Shown: positions 26,101-39,126 of the stretch, in pieces | How the letters are laid out: the number at the start of each line of letters is the position of its first letter | Position numbering within the stretch: position 1 is the stretch's first letter | Source: Octopus bimaculoides | Taxonomy: Eukaryota | Assembly (NCBI RefSeq): GCF_001194135.2 | Contig: NC_068996.1 | Coordinates: 27,567,319 to 27,631,318, forward strand | Direction: 5' to 3' | DNA: 64,000 bases | Program-made: the position numbers and the translations under genes | The notes under the pieces: generated by a model | The model's database searches: none | What the model was told of the DNA's origin: nothing | Seen by the model: the letters and a program-made list of their open reading frames with translations, nothing else

Positions 26101-28764
26101 TCTCTAAATTTTTGTCTGTTCCCTGGGTCTTTGAGCTTCCATAGTCTTCTTTTCCAGATTGTTTTACTTCTCCGAGTCTTTTGAGCTCTAATTCTGATGC
26201 AATACCATGCCCTGCTGCTACAGGCAGTGGCTCTCAATGCCCTGATACAGTACCAGGCTGTGGCTCTCATGGATCTCGATCTTAACTAATTGGAAGTGTT
26301 ATCATGGTACCCTTCAATCATTGGGCAATAAACTGTGCTTGCAAAGACCTGTTGAGTCAAGTGAAGTCATTGTCATGGCCAATTCCAGTACTGCCTGACT
26401 GGTACTTGTGCCGGTGGCACATAAAAATCACCATTCAAGCATGGTTGATGCCAGTGCTGCCTGACTGGTCCCATGCCAGAGGCACGTAAAAAGCACCATT
26501 TAAGCGTGGTCGATGCCTGTGCTGCTGACTGGCTCCCATGCTGGAGGCACATAAAAAGCATCATTCAAGCGTAGTGGATGCCTGTGCTGCTGACTGACTC
26601 CCATGCTGGAGGCATGTAAAAAGCACCATTCAAGCGTGGTCGATGCCTGTGCTGCTGACTGGCTCCCATGCTGGAGGCACATAAAAAGCACCATTCAAGC
26701 GTAGTGGATGCCTGTGCTGCTGACTGGCTCCCATGCTGGAGGCACGTAAAAAGCACCATTCAAGTGTGGTCGATGCCAGTACTGCCTAACTGGCCCTCGT
26801 GTTGGTGGCGCATAAAAAACACCCACTACACTCTCGGAGTGGTTGACATTTGGAAGGGTAAACTTTACCAGATCAGATTGGAGTCTGGTACAACCTTCTG
26901 ACTTGCCAGTTCTCAGTCAAACCGTCCAACCCATGCCAGCATGGAAAGCGGATGTTAAACAACAATGATGATGATGTTTTGCCTTAGTGTAAAAGATGAG
27001 TGATAGCAAATATTCTGCTCAATACCACAGATTTTCTAGTCAGTTGTTTGACCTTAACCAGTTGAACATGTTCCTTAGTAGCTGACAATATGTGCATCTC
27101 TGATCACGAGCAGAATTACAGGGGTAGCATCATAGCCATGTGTCGAGAGGAATTCTTTGGGGGATTGAAATAATTCACCTCTGGTAACATGGGTGCTTTG
27201 TTCATCATCCTTAAACAATCCTTATTCAAGGACCTTTTGAGCAGGATGGGCTACTCGACCTGGAGAAAATTCTAACTGGGACCCACCTACAAGGTCATGC
27301 GCTATTTATCTTGATATAAGATCACCATATCATGCACATATGGTCGTGATGCATGCATCTGGTATACTCTTATCAGACGGGTAGTCATGATGGATATACT
27401 GGGCTTCGTATGTTTTACTCCAGTGTCACTTTGGTGGCATGCACTGCTCTCTCATTCAATAATAATGATTTCAAAGGTCAGCAATTTTAGGGGAAGAGAA
27501 TGAGCTGATTACATTGGCCCCCAGTCCTTGACTAATACTTTATATCATTGACTTTGGAAAGAATGAAAGACAAAGCTGACATCAGTGGGATTGAACTCAA
27601 ATCATAAAGAGCTAGAAGAACTGCCACTAAGCATTCTGTCTGACACACTAATAATTAATGTGAGTGCACCATCTTCTCATTTATCATAATGATGATGATG
27701 ATGATGATGATGATGACGACAACGACGACGCTGATGAGAAGAATAATGACAATGATAATGATGCTGATGATAATAACAATAACAATAATGATGGTAATGT
27801 TATTGACAATGACGGTGGTAATGTTATTGACAATGACAGTGGTGTTGGTGGCTTTGGTGGTGATGGTGATGGCAATGATGATGGATGGTAATAACTAAAA
27901 TACCAGGATATAAACATTATGCAGGAAATATATTATTAAATACAATAGTTACCAACAAAAGCTAAAGAAAACCCTGCACATATTCAAGATATGCAGTGCT
28001 ACCTTGCTTGTGAAGTGAAATACCACATCAACAGCAACAAGGGTACTGAAACAATTGCTTTTTGGCATTTTTGTTACAAATAAAGTGTATCAACTGCTGC
28101 TACCACCACTGTCATCATCGTCATCATTGTCGTTGTTGTTTTAATGTTTTGTTTTCATGCTAGTATGGAGTACTAGCACAAATGCATCTTACCCATGCAG
28201 TGTATCATAACATTTAATCCCAAATTTGAGCTACACACTTTAGCTTGTCATCTTTAATCTTTTTCTTTTTCTTTAAACTCTTTCCACTGCCATCAAATAG
28301 AATATTTTTTATCCAGCATTCATTACCCAGCCACATCACATGAGTTATATAGTAGCTAGAAGCTTTGTGAGTGGATTTGATAGATGGAAACTGAAAGCAG
28401 CTCATCATATATATGTATAGACATATCTATATATGTGTATCTTTGTGTCTGTGTTTGTCCCACTACCACTACCACCACTGCTTGACAACTGGTGTTGGTG
28501 TGTTTATGTCCTTGTAACTTAGCAGTTTGGCAAATGAGACCAATAGAATAAATACCAGACTTTAAGAAAATAAGTACTAGGCTTGATTCATTTGACTAAA
28601 AGTTCTTCAAAGAAGTGCCCCAGTCTAGCCACAGTATAATAACTGAAACAAGTAAAAGTTCCCAGCGATGTCCAATGAATTTCTCATTTCCCCTTCCACC
28701 AAATACATGACTGATTCGTATATATTAATGTAGAGTAAAACCACACAACTATTTTTTATAATAA

Positions 28765-28796
<32 letters not shown>

Positions 28797-31353
28797 ATAA
28801 TTAATTCGTTTTATTGGCCTCAAGGGCTAATATCAATTAAAAACATGTAAGGACAAAGACAGGACGAAGGTTACAAAAGGTTTTGTCCGAAAAGGTAGGA
28901 AAGTTCGTCTAAACAGAGGAAGAAAACGGAGAAAGATATAACAAATAAATAGATAAATAAATAAATAAATAAATAAATAGAACTCCCAAAGGGGGAGGTG
29001 CTTCGAAAAAGGAAAGGTTACACGTAGAAAAACCCATAAAACCACAGGAGCCTGGTCAGAAAAAATAAGAAAGAATAATAATAATAATAAAATAATGAAT
29101 TAATAGTATGCAGTGCTCAGCTGCACTGCAACTTGTTGGAAAAGGGTACAAAAAAAGAAGACAGATGGCAGCAGTAAATCAAATAAAGAAAAACAATGAT
29201 AGCTTGAAGTAAATGCACAGTACACAGGATGAAAAACACAAAAAAGAGTCAGAAAAGTGAACAGTAAAAGAGTCATAAAGAACAAAGGGTGCACAGGCAT
29301 GTCAGGAGTAGTGTTGGAAATTTTCTGGAAGCATGGAATTTTTTAAGGATGCAGAGATTTATTCAAAGCAGGAAAAGCAACACCTATGATATTTTTACCT
29401 TTTTTCTTTTTCTTTTTTCTTTTGTAGGTCATTTGAGATTGGCTAAACAAATCTCTTAATACTCTTGTATCAAAGTCCTAGTCTGAATACTTGCAGCAGA
29501 GTGAACTCAGCATGAGAGAGCCCTGAGTTGGGTTTGTGGCATTAAGTCAATGAGTGAGTGGAAGGGAAATAGAGGGAGTGAGGGGGAGAGAGAAAGAGAG
29601 AGAGAGAGGGGAGGAAGGAAGGAAGAAAGTGGATATAAACAATAGGGGAAAGGGATAAATTTTGAAATTATAACTTACTTTAAGTTCATCTTTTGGATAG
29701 AGGAACGAAAATAGCTTCAGCACAGGTGAACTGAAAATCAAATAAAACATAAATATGAATTAAATATTGAAGACACAGGAATGGGTGTGAGGTTAAGAAG
29801 TGAACTTCTCAACCACATGGTTTCAAGTTCAGCCCTACTGTGAGGCACCTGGGCAATGACTTGAGAGTGAATTTGGCAGATGTAAATGTGTGTGTGTGTG
29901 TGTGTGTGTGTATTAGTGTGTATGCGTGGTGTTTGTTCCCCCCACCCACTACTTCTTGGCAACTAGTGTTTGTTTGTGTTCTGTAACTTAGTGGTTTAGC
30001 CATAGAGACCAACAGACTTATAGACAAAGACTGGGGTTAACTTGTTTAATGATAACCTAGAAGTACTCCAGCATGGCAGAATATGTCACAATTTGTTTAC
30101 CACTAATGAGTGACACTAATTGGAATAACATTGCATACTACAAGCTAACAAGGGAGAATCTATGTAGTCAAATGATTTGCAGGAAATAGCAGCCAAATCA
30201 CACACTAACATCTTTATAGAAAGTAGTTGAGAGGGTCTTCCAATCAATGTTGACTATGTGACTACACATGTGTATGTAGTCCTGAGCAAGATTTTTTGAG
30301 GAAGACTGGCTATTGTTCTTTTATGCAAGTCTCCCTTTACTATACCATTGATGTTTACACAAGGTGTCAGTGTTATTACAGAGATTGACACCAGAACACA
30401 AAAGGTCAGATCTTTTTTTCCTGACCCTCTGACAGTTCTACAAATCTACCACCCTAGATTTGTACACTTTTATCAACTCTAAAAGGATAGAAGGCAAAGT
30501 TAATCTCAGCGAGATTTGAACTCACAGAATTAAATAAATAGTGTGAGGCATTCAATCTAATTTTCTAAAAACACAATTTAACATCTGACTATTTTGGTGA
30601 TTATGGATGGAATGCCTTTGATCAACTGTTCTCTCAGTCAAGACATAGGTTACTTGACTTTCTAGAAACAGCAGCTTATTCTTACTCAAATCTCACCTAA
30701 CCAACTTTAAAAAGGGCTAGGATAGATTGATGCCCCAGCATAATTGTAGCTTTAAAGCTGCAATCATATATATCAACTTACTTGGAAATGGATGCGATGC
30801 ATTCAATTAAATAATAAATAATCATCATCGTCATTTAACGTCCGCTTTCCATGCTAGCATGGGTTGGACGATTTGACTGAGGACTGGTGAGACCAGATGG
30901 CTACACCAGGCTCCAATCTGATTTGGTAGAGTTTCTACAGCTGAATGCCCTTCCTAACGCCAACCACTCAGAGAGTGTTGTGGGTGCTTTTATGTGCCAC
31001 CCGCACAAAGGCCAGTCAGGCGGTACTGGCAACGGCCATGCTCAAAATGGTGTATTTTATGTGCCACCCGCACAAGAGCCAGTCCAGGGGCACTGGCAAC
31101 GATCTCGCTCGAAAGTCGAAAGTCCTTACACATACCATGGGCACAAGTGCCAGAAAGGCGACGCTGGGCACAGGTGCCATCACAATTTCGCTTTTGCTTG
31201 CCCCAATAAGTCTTCGCAAGCTGAGTTTCATGTCCAATGAGGGAGACAACGTTGGCACGGGTGCCAGTCGTCGAATTTAGTTCGATTTCACTTGCCTCAA
31301 CAGGTCTTCGCAAGTGGAGTTTAGTGTCCAATTTAACTCGATTTCAATTTCAC

Positions 31354-31392
<39 letters not shown>

Positions 31393-34300
31393 ATGCATAT
31401 CTTGGTACATGATGTCACCAATGGTGCAAATGCGTATTTCATGTTATTTGCACCGTGACGTCTTGTACCCATATATGCACATGTGTGTGTGTGTGTGTGT
31501 ATATATATATACATATATTATATATTATTTATTACACACACACAAACATATGTAATCACACAAAGGAGATATCAAAGGAATGCAGCAAGTAACAGATTTT
31601 TGATGGAGGGAATCCATCAAATGCATGCAAGCAATGAAGGACAGACATAAAAATGAATATGGTGATTTGTTTGTCATTAGATTGTATCTAAGCTGAAGTA
31701 CTGTTTTGATGGGTTTAGTCAAACAAATCAACTTTTTTTTACTTTTTCAAAATCTAATTCTCATTCTATTAGTCTCTTTTGCCAAACTGCTATGTTACAG
31801 AGACATAAAGAAACTACTACTGGTTGCAAAGCAGTGGTTGGGGACAAGCACAAGTATGCACACACATATAGATATGCATGCACACACCAAAAAGAATTTA
31901 TGTTCAAAATTATAAATATTGCCAACTTTCAGAATTCTTGTGGAGATTCAATACTCTTTACACACACACATACACACCCAGAAAGACATGGGACAAGGTG
32001 GTGAAGCATGATCTTCGAATGTTGGGCCTCACAGAGGCAATGACTACTGACTGAAACATTTGGTGATATGCCATGCTTGAGAAGATCCATTAAGCCAAGT
32101 GAAATCGTAGTTGTGACCAATGCTGGCATCATGTAACTGGTAGGTAAAAATTACCATTCAAGCACTGGGCATCATAGAAGTAATATGGTTGATACTAGTG
32201 TCATGTAACTGGCACCTGTGCCAATGGAACGTCAAAGCATCCCTTACACATCCTTTTACATCAGTTCTCCATGCTGGCATGAGTTGGATAGTTTGATCAG
32301 AGCTAGCAAGCTGGAGCACTGCACCACGTTCCAGTCTGATTTGGTTTAATTTCTATGGCTGGATGCCCTTCTTAATACCAACCACTTTACAGAGTATGCT
32401 GGGTGCTTTTTATGTGACACCAATATGGGCACTTTTATGTGACGCCAGAACAGGTGCTTTTTATGTGGCACCTGGACAGGTGCTTTTTACGTGGCGCCGG
32501 CACAGGGCTCTTGCAGTCCAATCCCCTTCAGCAGGGGGAGCAGCATTAACACTTCTGCTGTGGAGGACGGGTCTTCACGTAGATGTCTAAAATTATCCCT
32601 TAGTGAAAATTACATATATATAATCCACGCTATAAAGTGGTTGGCGATAGGAAGGGCAAAACAGAGCTTAATGTAGTTCTTGACACACTGGATCCTTGTC
32701 AAACTGTCCAACCCTTGCCAGCAGGGAACACAAACGTTAAATGATGTTGACGACACGACTATTAGTTTCTGTCGGTCAAATCCACTCACAAAGTTTTGAT
32801 CAGCCCGAGGTCAACGACACTTGTCGAAGGAGGGGCGGAGCATGTGGTAGGGAAGCTACCAATCTCACGCGCGCGCACACACATATATAAATATAAAAAA
32901 CGCAATAGGAACAAAAACGCAATAGAGGACAACAAAACATCAGGACAGATAGATGATACAAAAGCGAACAAGAAAACAACAAATATATATATAGACACAC
33001 AGGTATAGACGTGTGGGTGAGTTTTACGTGCATATCCATACGTAAATACGTAGATGTATGAACATATAATATACTATTTTTATTATTGAACGCCCTTTTT
33101 TGTTAGTTATATAATTATACAGAAATATACATGTATGTATAAACTAAAGGTTTTGTTTGGTCTACTATGACGGCAAGATATTAATAAAGTGTATCAAATT
33201 TTTTCACTGTCAATTAGAAAAAAATATTATTTATTCCCTCTGCATGTTTAAAATAACGTAGTCATGGCACGAATAACAACATACGGGTTATCTCCCCTAT
33301 TAATTATTTTCGCCAAGTTGACCCTGATTGAATCGATATGGACATACGAGCAAAGTCCTTTCAGGCAGGTTATCTTTGTTTTTCCGTCTCTCTCTTTTTT
33401 TTTTTCGTTCTTGTCGAAAGGGCATTGGTACTACTTAAATACAGAGGTCCCGACAATCTACGTAACGATATAAAGGGGAGGTAATCTAGTTTTACCAAAA
33501 CTAGTGTGACAACACATAAGCGGTCTTTGTAGAAGTCTGCAAACGATCCGAAGAAGTTGGATTTTTTTTCAAAAGTCATGGTGTGTTACGCACAAAGCAT
33601 TTTAAATATACGCTGTGTGGACGTGTAATGACACTTATTGCTGATACAAGCACAAGAGATGGGCTAAAGTATCGTTGTCCAAATCATAAACTCCTAAGGA
33701 GTGGAAGTTTTTTTCTTTAATAGCAAATTTATGTTGAAGGAATTGTTGATGCTATGTTGATAATACAGAGAAATTTTTGAACGTTGCAAACAATACTTGT
33801 TTACAGTGGTTCCAGTATTTCAGGAATATTTGTTCGAATTGGCTGCTAAAAAATAATCTGCAAATTGGAGGACCAGGTGTTATTATTCAAATAGATGAAT
33901 CGTTGGTTATTAATCAAAAATATAACGTTGGAAGAGCAGTAAAACAAAGATGGATATTTGGTGGAATTGACTCTGATACCAAAAAGGGTTCATAGTTTTG
34001 GTAGATGACCGTAAGAGTGAAACACTTTTGCCACTCATTCAAAAGTACATTCTCGCCGGAAGTATCATTCATAGCTATGAATGGGCTGTATATGGTATTC
34101 CAGGCGTGAGTGGAATATCTTTGTTGCCAAACAATTATACACATGTTCGTGACCCTGAAACAAGCGCTCATACAAATCTTGGGGAGAACATGTGGAAGAA
34201 TTGCAAATGCAACTTTAAAAATTGTGAATCACACCTCGACGAATTTATGTGGAGGATGATGAATCCTGATGCCTTCAAGTTACTATTTGTGCACACGGGT

Positions 34301-34711
34301 CAGTGGTACAACCCAAACATATAACTAACTATTTTATTCTTTTATTATAAAATGTTCGAATACATTAAAATTTTTTAAATAAAGATTATGAAACTTGTAA
34401 ATCGGGTGCACACCACCTAACCCTAAAACTTTTGGTAAAAACATTTAGCTGTTATGTCTAGCCGGTCCAAATACACCATAGAGACTCCTTCAGTGTCGTT
34501 AACCTCATTTAAACCTTGACTGAGCAGATCTCTGATCAAAGACATTTCAGCTTTGTCCAAACCGCCCTTTTCTTATGTGTAATTTAGCTGCAATCACACA
34601 AAGTCTATCTCGTTGGCACCTATTACTCTTTCAGCGGGTTTCCATTGACCGATAACTCTGATTGCTTATTAGAGTTCACTCCCTTAACAAATGACAATTG
34701 AATACTGTCTG

Positions 34712-34785
<74 letters not shown>

Positions 34786-37700
34786 CATATAGATAGATAG
34801 ATAGACATCATACACACACACACACACATACAAATGCACCTGTAAACGAGAGAAATGCGATGAGTGATAAATCACGTTTATCATCTCCACCTATTTCCAC
34901 ATTAACTGTTTAAATTTTATTTCCGTTCTGTTGGGTGGAACAGATTTTTACGTATTTTCTCTTTTTAATCAAATATTTAAATATTGTTAGGATATATGTA
35001 TTCTCCTTTTGTTACTATTCACTACTCCACTTTGAAATAGGAGTTGTAGAACCAGTTTCTGTCAACAGTTGTTAGCCCTGCTTTGTCAACAGTTGTTAGC
35101 CCTGCTTTGTCTACAGTTGTTGGCTCAACCCCAATAGTTGAAGTAAAAGTTTGAACTCATGGCTACATGATCAAGTGACCATCCACTGCCTTAATTTCTT
35201 AGTCATTCTACTTGATGTTTTGGTTAATACATACGATTTCAGAGTCAACTGAATTCCTACTTTTTAAAGCAGTAAACCAGAATCAGAATGTGACTTGACT
35301 GCCAAAAATTATTTAACTCTTTAGCATTTAAACTGGCCATATCCTGCCAAAATATTCTACCTGTTTTATGTTCAAATCAGCAAGATCTGGCCTCTCATAC
35401 CTACAGTGCAATGTTATTCTAAAAATAACATCATTGAAATCTCAAAGTTATGAGATAAGTCGTTATTCAAAACAATGTGTGAATAAGTATTACATTTGAG
35501 AGAGTAACTTGAATACTAAAGGGTTAGAAAAAGAATAGAGACACACTTTCTGAATAAAATCACTACAGATTCCCCTCCCCACAATAAGTTAAATTCACAA
35601 GTCTCTCTCCATAGCCAAGAAAGAAAATATTTGGCAGTGAACTCTGATAATGTAGAGAAGCTATGGTCAAATGTATTCCTATTGTGACTACACAATATAA
35701 ACCATCCAACTCATGCCAGCATGGAACATGGACATTTGATGATAATGTTAGCTGATGCTATCAAATATGTTCTCTCCTTGTTTAAGACAATAAGGTGTGA
35801 TTTGAGGGAGATTTGGACCCTATTGCTACTCCTTTGTGTGGTTGGTAAGTCATTTTAACCTGTTGGTTTTAGTTTTTCAGAGAAACAATAGCCATTCTTT
35901 TCATTTAATAATTGACTAGATAACATAGAAAGGGACAAAAACAAACCCTTCATCATCACCACCATCATCATTTTATGTGTGCTTTCATGGTGAAATAGCT
36001 TGGGAAGGTTGTCGATGGTTTGAGTCATTTCTTATTGGGAACAGAGCTTCCAGTAATAATGTCATTTGGCTTGGTTTCTATAGTCAGAGGCCATTTCTAT
36101 TGCCAGTCACTTTACAATGTGTACTGAACACAGTTTCTCATGGCCCCAATATTAGAGTACTCATTAACGAAAAGTGTGTATACCAAGGGGAGGAGTAAGA
36201 GAATACCAGAAACAGGTAGTTGGGGCAGGGTGGTGGATAAGAAAATATGTACAGAAAGTACTCAAAGGCTTAGAAGTACATATTTTCTCAGGTAAATTTA
36301 GGAAGGGGATACAAAAGAGTTTAAGATATAAGAAAAGATCAGAATGGATGAGAAGTTAGAAAGGGCAAGAGTATGATGGGTAAAGATAGGGATATTTAGT
36401 GGTGGAGTCAATAGAGGAATAATTGGCAATAGAAGAGGTGAACAAAGGTTAAGAGTTGATGATGGGATAAAGGGACAAAGTAGGCATTAGTTGGCAATAA
36501 GAGATAGCTCACAGATGAAGAGAGAGTGCTGGATGATAGGGTGAAGCTATGTGGCAGGTATCCAAATATAGCCTCTCACTGATGAGCCTAGAGAAGGGTG
36601 GAGAGATGGAGAGCTATGAGTGATGAGGAAATGAGGTGGGATCATCAAAGAGAAAGTAAACAAATAAACCTCAGAACACTTCCACCTGGATTTCATTAGT
36701 TGCACACAACACATTCAGAATATACAATATAATAATTTGTGGAAGTTGTAAAGAACATTTATATATACCCTGTATACACACACACACACACACACATATA
36801 TATAATCACACACTTTACAATATACTATAATGTGCAACACATTACCATTTCAATTAGAGCTCAATACTAAAACTCTATTAATCTTCCAAATTCTTGTATA
36901 GCCCATTTAATTGAGTATAAGCAGCATAAATTTGAATTCAACCTATAATAAAGGAGAACCAAATCCTAAAGTTGAAGTATTCTCAGAAAACAAATTAATG
37001 ATGTTTTGAGCCTTCATAATAACCATCTCAATAATCTCATATATATAAATGAATATAAGCAACCAGGTGCAATGTTATACTATAAAGGTAAGTATATATA
37101 TATGCTGGCAGACGGAATTAACCAACCATGAACCGTTTGAGCAGTCACCACTGATGAAGTCTATGGTGTAGACAAAAGTAAACTTAGTCTGATTGATCCT
37201 TGAAACGGTCATGGGGAAATTACTTTCCCTGTCAGTATATGTATATATTTGTGCTCTTCTTACAACATTAAGAGTATTTTAACTCTTATTTCTAGAAATG
37301 TAGGTGCTTTGTCACACTTAGTGATGTTTGAATATATATATATAAGTATATATATATAATCTCGTGCATGTGTGTGCACATGCGTGTGTGTATCTCATCT
37401 AAACTCTACTTCTTGTGTCAGGGTGCATTTTGATATAGATGGAGAAGCCTGTTGTCGCACTACAGCATATTGCCAGTCAGTATTGTCCTTTGTCATGTCC
37501 TCTGTGACATGTGAAAACAAAAACAACACAACATGGATATTAAATAGATAGAATAAATTTCCATACAAAATAGCAAGTTAAAAGTACTTACACCCTAGGT
37601 CTTCCTCCGGCAATAGCTGTTAAGCCTGGAGCTGAGAGAAGAAAATAAAAGAATCAATATTTCTCACTTTTCTCTCTAGATTTCTCTTTCTCCTTTCTGG

Positions 37701-39036
37701 CTTTTTCACAAACATTCACATACACACACATATATACTTGCTCACACTTCTAATAGACACCTTATAATAGAATATCCAAAGATATTCAAGTTCCAAGTGA
37801 GTAACATGATAGTTTAAGTGACTAGTTATAATTGAGTATATAATATATAAAGACGTTTGTGTGTTGGCGTGATATGTGTGTGTATGTACATATGTAATTA
37901 TAATATATATATATATATGTGTGTATGTGTATATATAACTCACAACCTATGTAACCTCCTGGTCCACAGTTTTTTCCCTAACCCCACCTCCCAACCTGGC
38001 TTGCTCCTGCCCATGCTGCTGCACTTGCCCCTACCTCTCCAACACCACCATCCTCACAGGTACCCATCATCATCACTATCATATCACTGACTCCTTTACC
38101 TGCACTTCTAGCAACATCATTTACTGCATCTCCTGCTCTTTCTGTCCTTCTCTGTATATCGGTCAAACAAGACGCTGCTTGGCTGACTGGTTTGCAAAGC
38201 ACCTCCAAGACATTAGACTCAGCAATGATACCCTAGTCTCATGCCATTTCTGCTCTCCCGATCATTCATTACAACACCTGTCTGTGTTTGGATTGTCTTT
38301 GCACAGGGACCATCCAGACTCCCACCTTCACCATGAACAGCAATTAATCTTCTCTCTTTGCTCCTTTGTGCCGCATGGGCTCAACTATCCTCCCCTCCAC
38401 TTCTCTCTTCATCTGACACCTACTTCCTCTCTTCACTCTTACCCATCTCTCCTCTCTTGCCCTGACACTTCCTCTCTTCACTCCTACTCACTTTCCCCGT
38501 TCATTGATACCCCCTCCATCCACACATCCCACTCCTGCATACACCCCACATCCTCACCCCAAATCCACACCCTACCCTCATCCCCACATTCCACACCACA
38601 CCATTCCACACACACTAGCACTGACCACTTCCCAGCACCCACACCATCATCCACACACCCATACATTACAGACGCACACATTTACACACACACACATCCA
38701 CATGTAAAGTCACCAGCCCCTATCCACACACACACACACCCTCTCACATACACACATGCATGCGCACCTTTGTTTTGGGATCACCAATACTTTATTATCT
38801 TCCTTTCTTTCCAGCTCTCCTGTCTAACTGCTTTTGTCCAACCAGTCGCCATGATTGACTGCTAAATCCACAAGTTTTTTTTTTTTGTTTTATTCTGTTT
38901 ATTTCCTCATGTTCCTTTCTGTTGAAGAGCATAGGCTCGAAGCATAAAAGACTTTCTCACCTTCCCGAGCATCAAACTAATACACCCGCTTGTTGTTTAT
39001 ACACCTGTCTTTGTCTTTTGATTTTCTGTAAATTTC

Positions 39037-39126
<90 letters not shown>

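Noticed and set aside
26355-26815. CRISPR-like regular array
   Set aside because: Units are contiguous with no unique spacers, sit inside an RTE 3' UTR, and have no cas genes nearby; the DNA is eukaryotic.
36575-36600. CTGATGAG core motif
   Set aside because: No correctly placed GAAA or stems; it lies in a decayed LINE fragment.
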